A stretch of DNA of 63,917 bases, the filler included, from Folioceros fuciformis (lineage: Eukaryota), in the NCBI GenBank assembly GCA_049999805.1. It is 14 parts of 14 records of this genome, joined end to end, with 100 filler letters (N's around TTAATTAATTAA, not from the genome) between each part and the next. Parts side by side here need not be neighbours in the genome. Positions count along the whole stretch, not along the records: positions 47,648 to 49,853 come from JBNGIO010003280.1; positions 49,954 to 52,313 come from JBNGIO010003281.1; positions 52,414 to 55,236 come from JBNGIO010003282.1; positions 55,337 to 58,417 come from JBNGIO010003284.1; positions 58,518 to 63,917 come from JBNGIO010003286.1; 9 more parts are not named here. The stretch is one strand, 5' to 3'. Under the pieces are notes generated by a model. The model was given only the letters and a program-made list of their open reading frames with translations, did no database searches and was not told the origin of the DNA. Shown one piece after another: positions 47,648-59,858 of this stretch; position 1 is the first letter of the stretch; the number at the start of each line of letters is the position of its first letter. Made by a program: the position numbers and the translations under genes.

Positions 47648-48445
47648 ACAAAGGCTTCATCTGCTGTTATTGGGAGGTGCAGGTCCAGGATCTCCTCGCT
47701 GGAAAGGAGCAACATCGCATTCAGAGTAGATCCGACACATCTATGTTACTCCAGTCGTAACCGTCCAGGGCTGGATAACCTTGTACAATGTTCGTGGCCA
47801 TTAGTTCACAAATGATGCAAATTTTGATCCAAACCTGCTGCCAGCGCGTGGGTGCAAGAGAACGCATGTAAGCCTCCTCCTGCCTTCGTTCCCAGTCTCG
47901 CAGTGCTTGTTGTCTGCTGGCCCTCCTTGCAAGGCGCTGCTGTTTTCGCAAACCAGGCATTGTCACTAACCCATGCTTGCTGCCATCGACATTCTCCAGA
48001 GAGAATTCTCCAAATGCATTTGTGACAGCAGCGCAACCGAGATAGCAACGCTCAGGCTGACGAAGTGAAGACGCCGTGCAAGCCTGCCACCAGAGAAGTG
48101 GCCATGGCTTCGGACCAGATCTAAAATGCAGACACAACGCAGCGTGACTGGAAAAATTCACCAAGGGATGGAGAAAATCCCAGCGCCGTGTTGCATGACT
48201 GTGATCGATTAAGTCAGACCAGGAATCAAGGTGATTCCTGCTCTGATACCATGACAAGTGTCAAGTACGCGCGGAAGGTCGATAGGCGTAGGCAAGAAGT
48301 GATTAAAGAACTCATTACATGCCCGTGTCTTATGCACGCGGCAGGCGGTTGATAACCGCTAGGGTTACTAACTGTTAGGGTATCCAAACTAACCTACGAC
48401 CTGTATGTCTAACCTATGTTAGGGTTAGACACGCCTATACTAACA
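47648..48445 (-). mobile_element. 5' end of an LTR retrotransposon: LTR (48252-48445), tRNA-iMet PBS (48240-48251) and leader with a 79-aa non-Gag ORF (47721-47960)
   Basis: TG...CA termini with TGGTATCAGAGC directly after the LTR; inserted into Athila-like RT. Confidence 0.85.
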
Positions 48446-49853
48446 GCTGGGGCCCTCAAGGCAGCAATCACCTTCACCTTGTCTGGGTCCACTTCAATGC
48501 CCCGTGCTAAAATTCTGTGACCTAGCAAGATCCCTTCAGCCATGCCAAAATAGCATTTCTCCGGATGCAAACAAAGCTGCGTCTCACGACACATGGCCAA
48601 GCACAGCCTTAGGTGCTCCAGATGCTGCTCCACCCCTCCAGACACACAAAAATCATCTATGAACACCTCTAGGAACTTGTGGAGGAAATCCTTGAAGATC
48701 TTGTACATGCTGCGCATAAAGGACCCCGGTGCTCCTATCAGCCCAAAAGCACTCCTCTTGTAGGCGAATGTCCCCCAATCAATTGTGAAGGCTGTCAATG
48801 GCCAGTCACTCTCCTTGAGGGACAACTGATTGTAACCAGAATAGCCATCCATAAAGGAGTAAATCATGCGGCCAGCCACCAAATCCAAAATGTTGTCAAT
48901 GAATGGCAAGGGGAAATGATCCTTCTTGGTGGCTTTGTTCAGCCTTCTCCAATCCTGGCACACCCGGATCTTCCCCGGCTGTTTCTTGGGCACCACCACG
49001 ATTGGGGCCACCCAATCTGAGTTCACAATCGGAAAAATCACATCTGTCTTCAAGTACTGCTCCAGCTGTTCCTTTACCTTCATGGAGTATTTTGGATTCA
49101 GCTTGTACTGTGGAATTTGAACGGGAACAGCGCCTGGCTCCAAGTCGATCTTGTGCTCCCCCCACTCTTTGGGAATTCCCTTCATGTCCTTCACCTCAAA
49201 GGCAAACACATCGATGAACTCAGCCAGGAGTTGCTTCATTCCCTCCTCCAATTTGGCATCCAGCTGTTTGGAAAACTTCAGCTCCTTGCCCGGCAACACC
49301 TCCACATCCTTAATTTCATCAGCCTGCACCCATTCACGCTGCACGAGTGCAGAGTTGACTCCAAACCCTTCTTTCGGCTCTCGGGGATCTTCCTCCCTCA
49401 TTCCCCATTCCCTGAATAGGTCTTCATAGGTGAATCTAGTGACCTCTGTATCCTCACCAGCAGGCCCTTCAGACCTTGGGTCACAGCCCCCTTCCCTCAT
49501 CTCACCTTCCTTCACACCCCTCTTGGCATGGGAGGCTTTTTCCTGGCCCTTCCCTTCAGCAACTCCAGCAGCCTGTCCTTCCACGTTTGCTGCTTCAGCC
49601 CCTACCATGTTGCAGTCCAAGGTGATCCCAAAACACTCGACCCGGTTCAGGGTATAAGGAATATCCCTCCGGTAGTCCTCCTCTTCATTTGTCCATGATA
49701 TGTGGGAAAAAGGGAATTTATCTTCCCCTCCCTCCTCCTCCAAATCAGTTGTGTCCCCCACGGACATGTACCCCTCCGTGTCCGTTGGGGTCTCACCGAG
49801 GTAGACATCCCGGCTCCAGCTCAAACAAATCCTACCCTCCTTTGTCTTGGGGT
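48446..49853 (-). mobile_element. Athila-like Ty3/gypsy reverse transcriptase
   Basis: RVCQDWRRLNKATKKDHFPLPFID, MDGYSGYNQ and FIDDF. Confidence 0.92.
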
Positions 49854-49953
49854 NNNNNNNNNNNNNNNNNNNNNNNNNNNNNNNNNNNNNNNNNNNNTTA
49901 ATTAATTAANNNNNNNNNNNNNNNNNNNNNNNNNNNNNNNNNNNNNNNNNNNN

Positions 49954-51831
49954 TAACATTGTCGAAGTCGGTCTACTTCAATGTGAAAGACACGACCACA
50001 AGTTATGAGCTATGGCAGAAGTTGTGTGACCTGTAGGAGAATCAAAGTGTGGCTTCTCAGGTGTACTAGTTGAAACAACTGGTGGACTTGAAGGTGAAGG
50101 AAGGGACGAGGATGTTCGATCATCTGAATGAGTTCAATACCATTTTCAGCCAGCTCTCATCTCAAGGTATCTCTTTTCCAGATTCCGTGAGAGCTATGTT
50201 TTTATTGGTAACATTACCAGAGAGTTGGGACACCTTTCGTACAGCTCTGAGTAATTCCGCTCCTGTCAGTGGTCTCACCATTGTAAATGTAGAAGGTAGC
50301 CTATTAACAAAAGAAGTGAACAGGAAGAATATGGAACCTTCGAAAGGTTCCAACGCCCTCATGGTGAGAGGAAGGCCCACTTCAAAGAGGAAGCAAAAGG
50401 AGCGAAGTCTTTCCCGTAGCAAATCTCGTAATCGTAACGATGTTTAGTGTTATCATTGTCACAAAAAGGGTCACATCAGAAGGGACTGCGAGAAGTTCAA
50501 GAAGGACAAAGGAAAGCAGAAGAAGTAGAACGACAACAAGACAAGCCCCCTAAGTCGGTTAGGACATATGTCTCAAAAAGGAATGAAGATCTTATCTCGT
50601 TTTAGTTACGTCCCTGCTTTTGACTTCTCAAATTTCTCCGTGTGTGAGCACTGTTTGTATGGGAAATAGACAAAATCACCACATGGAGCAAGAGGTAAAC
50701 ACAAAAGTAAACCTCTTGAATTGGTTCACAGTGACGTTCGTGGACCTATGCCCACTGCATCATTAGGCGGTGTATCCTATTTTGTCACTTTCATAGATGA
50801 TTTCTCACGCAAGGTGTGGGTTTATCCTTTGAGGAAGAAGGACGATGTTTTGATAATGTTTCAGAAATTCATCACCCTTGTGGAGAAGCAGTCTAGCCTC
50901 CGACTAAAGTGTTTAAGGATAGCCAATGGTGGAGAGTACGTTTCGAACGCTTTCCAGTTATTCTGTGATTGCAAGGGAATCAAGAGAGAATTGACTGCCC
51001 CATATACTCCTCCCCAGAATGGTGTGGCTGAACGGATGAACACAACCATCCAGGAGAGGATGCGTAGTTTATTGTCAAACTCTGGATTGCCTAACGGATT
51101 TTGGGCAGAAGCAGTGTCTACTACGGTGCATCTTATTAACAGATCTCCTAACAAGGCTGTGGATGAGAAGGTTCCAGAGAAGCTGTGGTCTGGAAAAAAG
51201 CCATCTTACAAGCATCTATGAGTGTTTAGCTGCGAGGCATACTACCATGTTCCAAAGAAGTTTCGGGACAAGTTAGCACCCAAGTCCAGAAAATGTATGT
51301 TTCTTGGCTATGGTGACTCTGGTGAGATGGGATATCATTTATAGGATCCAGAAGCCAAGAAGGTTGTTCGCAGCAATGACGTGTTCTTGAATGAGAACAA
51401 GATGCACAAGAAGCCTACTCCAACTATGGAGGTGCAACGAGTGGTCTTCCAAGAAGATGGACTTGACCGTCACGCGCAGGTTGAATGTCGTGATGTGCAG
51501 GAACCCTTTCCTCCACTTGTAGAAGAAGAGCTCTCGAGTGCAACCAGCTCGGGTCGAAGCGCCTATGCTTCGTAGGTCAGGAAGGATTTCACGTCCTCCT
51601 GATAGGTATGTTGCATCTCTTGATTATGTCATGCTGACGGATTGTGGGGAGCCCTCTTATTACAAAGAGGCCATATCAGTGATTGACAAGGACAAATGGG
51701 AGAAGGCGATGCAGTCGCAGATGGATTCGCTCCGTAAGAACCAAACTTGGGAGTTGGTTCGGTTGCCTAGGGATAAGAGGGCATTGCCATGCAAATGGGT
51801 GTATAAGATGAAAGTTGTACCCCAGAATGGC
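49954..51831 (+). mobile_element. Ty1/copia (Tnt1/Tork-like) gag-integrase-RT start, with the protease region deleted
   Basis: LLVTLPESW, CYHCHKKGHIRRDC, VHSDVRGP and LPCKWVYKMK, cut by LTR-X. Confidence 0.92.
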
Positions 51832-52313
51832 TGTGGAGGCAAAACCCCGGGCACTGATTGCCAACGGGTTCCACCTTTAGTGGCCACACTTATCCCACTG
51901 TCGTTGAGACATTGGGTTTCGTTCCCACGAAGGAGCGATGGGGTTCCTTGCCGCTGTGGATGGAGGGTCGGACTTGATCGACTCGATGATGGATTCGAGG
52001 GCTCCCCTCCAGCTCCGATCAAGCGTAGAATAAGCCTCGCTATCCGGCGGTCAGCTGCACCTCTCTCGGTGCCCACAAACTCACTCCAATCACTACAACG
52101 ACTCTAACCTCTCAGATCTGCGACTTCCCTCACACACTTCACTCACTCTCTCACTCCAGCACCAACACCAGCAACTACCAGCAACCAGCAACGACACCAC
52201 TACCTTCTACACTTCCCTGCTGACTCCTCCTACCCGGCAAGAGTCACTAGACTAACCCCAAAGAAAAGAAAGAAGGGAACACACTCCCCTCTTGGATATC
52301 TCCCCCCACAACC
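51832..52313 (-). mobile_element. LTR-X copy 4, running to the contig end
   Basis: Begins TGTGGAGGCAAAACCCCGGG and is colinear with copy 2. Confidence 0.9.
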
Positions 52314-52632
52314 NNNNNNNNNNNNNNNNNNNNNNNNNNNNNNNNNNNNNNNNNNNNTTAATTAATTAANNNNNNNNNNNNNNNNNNNNNNNNNNNNNNN
52401 NNNNNNNNNNNNNTGTAGACTTATCTGGTGGGAGAGGGGGGGTGGGAGCCCTTGCTCCCTGATATCGATGTTAGATCAACAGCCTCTTTGCCGCCAGGTT
52501 ATAAGAATTGTGACAAACACACAACATTGGTTTTTGTTAAGCAATAGTTACAGTATGCTCTGCACAGTAGAAATGATCATCAACATGCGGATGAAGCCCC
52601 ACGATTACCTTATCGCCTGGCTGCTTGACACC

Positions 52633-52947
52633 TCAACCTCCGTTCTCGCCATCTTCCTTGAGCTGGCCCGAGAGCTTCACTGCCTCCCTAAGACGAACGA
52701 CCAAGCTAGTCTCTCTCTCTCGATGCTCCTCCCCATCAGTCACAACTTCAGGCTCCTGGACAGTGGATTGAGAGCTGGATTCTTGTCCGCACTCCATCCT
52801 TCTCCTTGCACGCCGTCTGCCACTACTCGCCCTGTTGGCATACAGATGCCCCCTTCGCATCTTCGTCACAACAGCAATTGCCAGACATGTGATTGTGAAG
52901 AAGGCTGCCAGCATATAAGCAAGGGCAGTGTCCAGTTGAATCGCCAT
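52633..52947 (-). CDS. Antisense accessory ORF (family B), intact 104 aa with an N-terminal transmembrane segment
   Basis: ALAYMLAAFFTITCLAIAVV followed by a basic stretch. The ATG lies 129 nt from the plus-strand LTR start at 53076. Confidence 0.6.
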   Translation of the reverse strand: MAIQLDTALAYMLAAFFTITCLAIAVVTKMRRGHLYANRASSGRRRARRRMECGQESSSQSTVQEPEVVTDGEEHRERETSLVVRLREAVKLSGQLKEDGENGG

Positions 52948-53063
52948 CGCTGGCTCATGTTTTTCAGCTGTGTCCGGGAGCGCTCGAGTTTGTTGTGTCC
53001 TAGTGCGTTTGAGTTCGGTTGTTGGGCATTATATCTCACATGTACCTACTTAAGCTCGTCCTG

Positions 53064-53251
53064 CTTAAGAGGGAGTGTCAAATATTAACCCTGGACAGCT
53101 TTAGTTAGCTATGGTTAGGGTTACACATATATATATTTTTTGCAACCTTTTGGATATTAGGGTTTAGTATAAATAACATATGAGATACTTTGTCAATTAA
53201 TTCATACAGTTTTGTACAAACACAGCCTGCTCTCGCTGCCTAAGTTCCTTC
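53064..53251 (+). mobile_element. PPT (AAGAGGGAG) and 3' LTR starting at 53076; right end approximate
   Basis: TAAGCT...GCTTAAG.GGGAG-TGT context like 25493-25519, with TATAAATA inside. Confidence 0.7.
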
Positions 53252-55000
53252 GTGGACATTCTCACCTTCCTTGAACCACCTGCTCCCTCCTCAGCTAGTG
53301 AGCCTGTTACTATCAGTGACAATCTTGATACAAATCCAGCTGTGGATTATCCCCTGGATGATATTGACCCTGATGCCCCTGCTCCTGAGTTTTTCCCCGG
53401 CCTTGCTGCAGGCAACTCCATACCTCCTGTAGTTCTTGCTCAACCTATTCCACCTATCCCAGGTGATGTTGACCTTTCTGCTGATCTGAACCAATCTTTA
53501 GATACCCCGGATTCTGAAGCAAAGGGGGAAAGTCAGCAACAAGACGTTGCAGACGTTGAAGTCGACCAGAATGAAGATGATCATGATCTTTTCGGGTTAC
53601 CTGATAATGCTGACGATGCTGCTTCAAATCCGGAGGATGAAGATGAAGAGCCAACTTCCATTCTGCGCCGCTCCACTCGCAATAGACCACCTCCTAAAGG
53701 ATGGAAGGAACCCCGCTCTCAGTATATACACTTTCGCACTCACCTTGCAGTCGATTCTTCCCTTCTTGATGAGCCAATTACTCTGACTCAAGCCTTCACT
53801 GGGCCACGGTCTGAGCAGTGGAAGGCTGCAACGGAGGACAAGTATCAATCACTTGTGAAGAACAAGACATGGCAACTCGCAGACCTCTCACCAGGATGCA
53901 ATGCCATATCCTGCAAATGGGTGTTCAAACTCAAATTAAATGCTAAAGGTGAAGTTGCACGCTACAAGGCACGGCTTGTTGCTTGTGGGTTTACATAGGT
54001 GGAAGGCATCGATTACCAAGAAACATTCCCACCTGTAGTGAGGACTCAGACTATTCGGATCCTTCTTGCCTATGCGGCAGAGCATGACCTAGATCTCCAG
54101 CAGATGGATGTTTGCATAGCCTTCTTATACGGTGCTCTCGAAGAGGAGCTCTACATGCTCTAGCCTGAGGCATACGAAGACCCTGCACACCCACGGAAAA
54201 TGTTAAAGCTTCTAAAATATATCTATGGCCTAAACCAGAGTGGACGGGTGTGGTATATTACCATGCATCTGTATTTGCTGAGCATCAAGTTCGTCCACAG
54301 TAAGGCTAACGCGAACGTTTACAAACTTACCCAAGGATCTTCTATAGTTTTGCTAGCCCTGTACGTCGATGATGTAATCTTTGCCACAAATGATCAAAAG
54401 CTGCTAACAGTTGTTAAGGAACAGCTAAGCTGCAGTTTTGATATGAAAGATATTGGTGAGCTCAAGTTTTGCTTGGGCATACAGCTATTACGAGTTCGAG
54501 ACAAGGGACTAATGTTCATACATCAATACAGGTATGTTAATGAGATCCTCAAGAAGTTCAACTTGGACCAAGCTAGGCTAGTGACTACACCCTATTCGAC
54601 AAGTACCAAGCTTACACATTCTCAGTGCCCACAGATAAAGGAAGAAATCAAGGATATGCAAGACGTACCCTACAGGCATGCAGTTGCCAGCCTTTTGTTT
54701 ATCGCCATTTGGACCAAGCCAGACATACAATATGCAGTTAGCACAGCTTCAAAGTTTCTTGAGAAGTTTAGAAGAACGCACTGGATTGCTGTCAAGAGAG
54801 TATTTCGCTATCTCAAGGGCACAATGAAATATGGGCTTATGTACAAACGCAATGGTGAATCTAAGCTAACCCTTACCGGCTTCACAAATGCAGATTGGGG
54901 CTCAAATTCTGACTCGAGACGAAGTCTCTCCACGTATTGTTTTCTCCTTGCCTCGACTGCTGTGAATTGGAGTAGCAAAAAATAGACCACCATAGCATTG
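53252..55000 (+). mobile_element. Ty1/copia linker-RT-RNase H fragment
   Basis: KARLVACGF, LALYVDD and NADWG. Confidence 0.92.
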
Positions 55001-55336
55001 AGGCATATGATAGTTGGAAGAGTGGGGCTAGTCTTTCCCTTTCTTTGTCTTGTGATGGGTAACTTCTTTTATATTTTTTACTATATTTTTTAAATAATTG
55101 ATAATTTTAATAGAAGGTATTAATCCCATTACAGTAATTTCCTTAGCGGATATGAAGACTTTATGAAAAAACAGAGATGGAAGTTCCATCTACTCCATGA
55201 GAAGGGAACAACCTGTACTGGGGAAAAGCCAAGAAANNNNNNNNNNNNNNNNNNNNNNNNNNNNNNNNNNNNNNNNNNNNTTAATTAATTAANNNNNNNN
55301 NNNNNNNNNNNNNNNNNNNNNNNNNNNNNNNNNNNN

Positions 55337-58236
55337 TAAAAACCCATTTGCAGCTAACTGGTTTCCTCCCTTCTGGCAAGTCTATAAGTATCCAAGTATT
55401 GTTCTTAATGATGGATTGATTGATATTCCTCCTCTACTGCAGCTTGCCAGTGATGAGCATCAGGTCCAGAATAAGCTTCATCCATAGAGGCAGGGTCAAG
55501 ATGGAGAGTAGCACTTCCAGGGACTGCTGTATGAGCTGAGGGTTTATGCTGAAAATCAAAAGACTCATAAGGTGGCTCCTGCCAATGATCCCGAGGAATT
55601 CAGGCTCGCAAAGTATAACGAGGAAGAGGCGCAGCCTCGACAGGTAGTAAGGCCTCCTCCTCAGAATCTACAATAGTAACTTGGGATTCTTGAAGCACAG
55701 GTAGTAGGTCAGGTTGCAAATCATTGTCTAATGGTGGGATTGGATGTGGAATTGCATCAACAGGCTCATCAATAAGATCAGGAGGGTGATCAATAGGGTC
55801 AGGAGGGTCTGGTGGATCTGGAAGCTGCACATAAGGTAGCTGATCGGGTGCAGGATCAGCAGCGCCGGGAAAGGTGGTCAGAGGAGTGGCAAATACGTCT
55901 GTTGTGGATGATTCGTCATCTGATATATCAGAAATAGAGGAAGGGTGAATGCCTACGTCTGGGGAAACTAAGGTCAACAGCTCCTTAAAGACAACACTCC
56001 TAGCAAGAACAGGGGTAAGAGATGCAGGGTCAATCAGTTTATATGCCTTGGCTTCATCCCCATAACCTACAAAAATCAAAGCTTGTGATCTATGATCAAG
56101 TTTCTGACGCTTCTCAGGTGGGATGTAGGCGTATGTAGGAGAACCGAATACCCTGAAGTGCATGATACTGGGCTTACGTCCCCAAAACATCTCAAAAGGC
56201 ATTTTACCTAGAAGGGAAGTTGTGAGAAGGCGGTTGAGGATGTAAGTGGCTGTGGTGAGGGCCTCTGCCCAGTACTCTGCTGGAAGTGAAGCCCAACTAA
56301 GCATGCTATGGGTCATGCCCATAAGGGTTTGATTCTTTCTTTCAGCAACCCCATTCTGCTGGGGAGTGTATGCAACTGTCAGTTGTCGTAAGACACCATG
56401 ATCTTGGAGAAAGGCATCAAAGGTATTGTTGCAGAACTCTGTTCCATTGTCAGTACGTAAGCATTTGAGAAAACAGCTAGACTGTCTTTGAGCCATGAAG
56501 AACCACTCTTTAAAATAGGGAAAGGTCTCACTTTTACGAGACATAGTATACGTCCAGGTAAAACGACTAAAATCATCTGTTATTGTAAGGTAGTATAAAG
56601 CTCCTCCTAAGGATTGTGTTTGCAGTTTACCAGAGATGTCGGCATGTACTAGATCTAACAGCCCTGAAGTTCTGTAGGCATGTTGTGGAAACTGCTTCTC
56701 CTTCTGTTTGGCCAACAAACATGCTTCACATATGGGTAAGTCCTTAAAGCAAGAAGGTAGAGGCTCAACATAGCAGTCGTGTGTCGACATCTTAATGAGT
56801 GAATTTTTATTGACATGTCCAAGACGGGCATGCCATAACTTGGCTTGTTCGCTGGCAGGTAGATATGCTGGTGAAGTTGATGTAATTATTGGTGCTGGAG
56901 ATGAAGTCTCACAGATCGCATCCAAACGATATAGCTCCGAATCGGGGACACCTTGACCAATACACTGCTTAGATGAGGTACGTCGAAAAACTTCACATGT
57001 GGTGCCATGAAAACGAAACTCCAGATTGTGATGAATCGCCAAGAGCCTGACTGACAGCAGATTTTTGGCCATGCCAGGAACATATAGGACGCCTGGCACA
57101 TTGAGAACTGAATTGTCACTCATAACGAATCGACAAGTACCATAGCCTTTAATAGGTAAGCTTGTTGATCGTTGTTCATCTCCAAGCAGGACAGATTGTG
57201 TGGAATCTGCAAGTTCCTTGAAGCTGCGAAATAATTGCTAATCTTTGCAAATATGTGCTGTCGCACCAGAGTCCAGAAACCAGCTACTAGGATCACTCGA
57301 AGAAGAAGACAAGCAAATGGTAAGAATCTTCACCACCGCCTTGCCATTGTCATGTTGAGGTCTTTCCTTTGCGACTGAATTGACTTCAGGCTTGGGACGA
57401 CGGGGCTCGCCTGCCTTCCTTTTGCGGCAGTCCCTCTCCCAATGTCCTGGCACATTGCACCAATTACAGTTGCCTGGTTTCTTTGTAGATGGAGTGCCAG
57501 CAGGGGAGGTTTGTGGGCGAGAAGCAGGTCGTACGCCTCCTCTGCCCCCCCTCTCCCAAAACCTCCACACTGACGGGAGATATAGAGAACTCGATCAGTG
57601 CGCAGCTTGCTGGAGCCACTCGAACTGATACGAAGTTGGCTTTGCTCCTCTTGATAAAGGGCAGCAATCACGGCCTCCAAGGAATAATTACCAGGGTGAC
57701 CAGCAGCAACATTCTGGCCAGCAATGGCCAAGGGACCATTTTGTAGATATACAAAAGTCTGATATGATGGGGGGAGTGAGAGCAAAAGATGAGCCACAAC
57801 ATCCTCCTCTAAAATAGTCGAGTTCAACTGGGCAAGACGGGATCGAAGTTGTCGAAACTTGCTGGTGTGGGCAGCCACACTGTCACCCTCTCTTATTTTC
57901 AAGGTATAGAATTCATGTTTCACTGTGCACTTAGTCATCATAGTCCGAACAGCATAAGTCTTATTGAGCTGACTCCAAATCTGATGTGCCTTGGTAAGGT
58001 CACACACGCCTCTTGCACATAATGTAGTCTGCATTCGAACTCTCCATACTTCGAATTCAGTTCCATTGAACCTGTCAAGGCCTCTGAGGTCTGTTGTGAA
58101 GGATGGAGTAGAGGAAGACATGCTGACTACAAATTGTGGCTGTACAGGAGGAAGAGGTGGAGGTGTCGGGGGAATAGGGGCCGGATTAGGTGGTGGACTG
58201 GAAGGATGCACAGATTCTCATCGACGACGGAGATAA
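55337..58236 (-). mobile_element. Ty1/copia gag-protease-integrase-RT start, related to the 20434-24781 element
   Basis: CNWCNVPGHWERDC, WFLDSGAT, VHADISG and LRTDNGTEF. Confidence 0.95.
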
Positions 58237-58517
58237 GGTGACAGGAAAATTTAAAAGATGGTCTCTGGTAGACATACATTAGGGAATTCACTACAAAACA
58301 AGTAGGGACAATTAGATTTGAAAAGACATTTTTTTAGGGTTTCAGCAGAAAAAGTCTAACTTAAACTACTGCCTTCTTTTCTAGGGCATGTTTGGATTCA
58401 GGTGAAGCGGTTAGTAANNNNNNNNNNNNNNNNNNNNNNNNNNNNNNNNNNNNNNNNNNNNTTAATTAATTAANNNNNNNNNNNNNNNNNNNNNNNNNNN
58501 NNNNNNNNNNNNNNNNN

Positions 58518-58609
58518 CTTCCATCCTTCCTTCCATCCTTCCTTCCACCCTTCCTTCCACCCTTCCTTCCTTCCTTCCTTTCTTCCTTCCTTTCTTCCTT
58601 CCTTTCTTC

Positions 58610-58642
<33 letters not shown>
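58518..58642. repeat. (CTTC/CTTT)n microsatellite
   Basis: Pyrimidine-rich tetramer array. Confidence 0.95.
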
Positions 58643-59288
58643 TTGCTTTCTTTCTTTCTTTCAAGTGCAAGCCCCTCGTTGCTTCTATTGTGTAAGTCGT
58701 CAGCTGACGTGATTTAGCAGACAGGAGCACGAGCTCATGAGCCGCAAGATGAACTCGCAAGTGGAGAGCTCTGGTTCCTCACGGAAGGTATTGTATGTAC
58801 GCAGCGACGGGTCATGGCCCGGGGTTCAAATGTGAAACGTAAAGGATATGCCATAGTCCGTACCCTGGACATGCATGGTGATGGTACGAAGGGCGTGCAC
58901 GCTTCCAGGAAAAGCGAGCCACGACTGTACGACGCACGGGACAAGAGCACTGCCGCACTGGCCAGTTGCGAGATTTTGCAATCCGGGTGGTGCAGATGCT
59001 CAGGCCCAGGGGAGGTGGAAGTTGCGGGGAAGCTTCGTTTCTCACCTAGCCCTGACCTGTGCTGTGTGCGAAAGCATTGCACGCAACTGCACCCCCAAGT
59101 TCAGCCGGGATGGCGCTTGCTGGACGATCCGACACGAGGCAGGCCGCCGCCCAATGGGTTCTTGCCAGGACGCGTGCCGACAATTGGCTCCCCTCTTTCA
59201 CACGGGAAGGAGAAAATTCCAAGAGGGTCTAATCCAGAAGAGAGGATGGACGACAGTCACGAGCCATCCGTTACAGACGAGCGAAGGG

Positions 59289-59490
59289 GGCTAGGGTAGG
59301 CTAGGGTAGGCTAGGCCAGGCCAGGCCAGGTTAGGCCAGGCCTGGCCATGCCAGGCCAGGCCAGGCCAGGCCAGGCTAGGCTAGGCCAGGCCAGGCTAGG
59401 CTAGGCCATGCCATGCCAGGCCAGGCCAGGCCAGGCTAGGCTAGGCCATGCCAGGCCAGGCCAGGCCAGGGTAGGCCATGCTAGGCTAGG
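59289..59490. repeat. (GGCCA/GGCTA)n pentamer microsatellite
   Basis: About 40 units; a smaller (CCAT)n(CCAG)n tract lies at 59815-59858. Confidence 0.95.
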
Positions 59491-59827
59491 AACTTGGAAG
59501 TCGGATGCCTTTGCGACGCATGCAATGCAGTAATGCAAAGCCTGCCCTGCTCACACAAGGCATTCAATGGGAGACCGTTACAAGTGGCAGGGGGCATGTG
59601 GAACCGGATTGCAACTCTGCCTCTCCAATAAATGCTTTGACCCACATCGGTAGGGGAAAAGCGACCAGTGCGCCGTTTCCCGGCGCTGACTTTGGGCCCC
59701 AGAAGAATCGTGCTCGCTGAGACATGGGGACACGCAGATGCCCCGGGCCCGGGAGCCGGGAGCCCGGAGCCGGGCTGGCTTGCCTCTTGGCTGGCCCCTT
59801 GGGACTTGCTTGAATCCATCCATCCAT

Positions 59828-59858
<31 letters not shown>

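Noticed and set aside
51832-51960. LTR-X stems as a hammerhead ribozyme (retrozyme)
   Set aside because: No CUGANGA...GAAA core in the proper arrangement was found on either strand.
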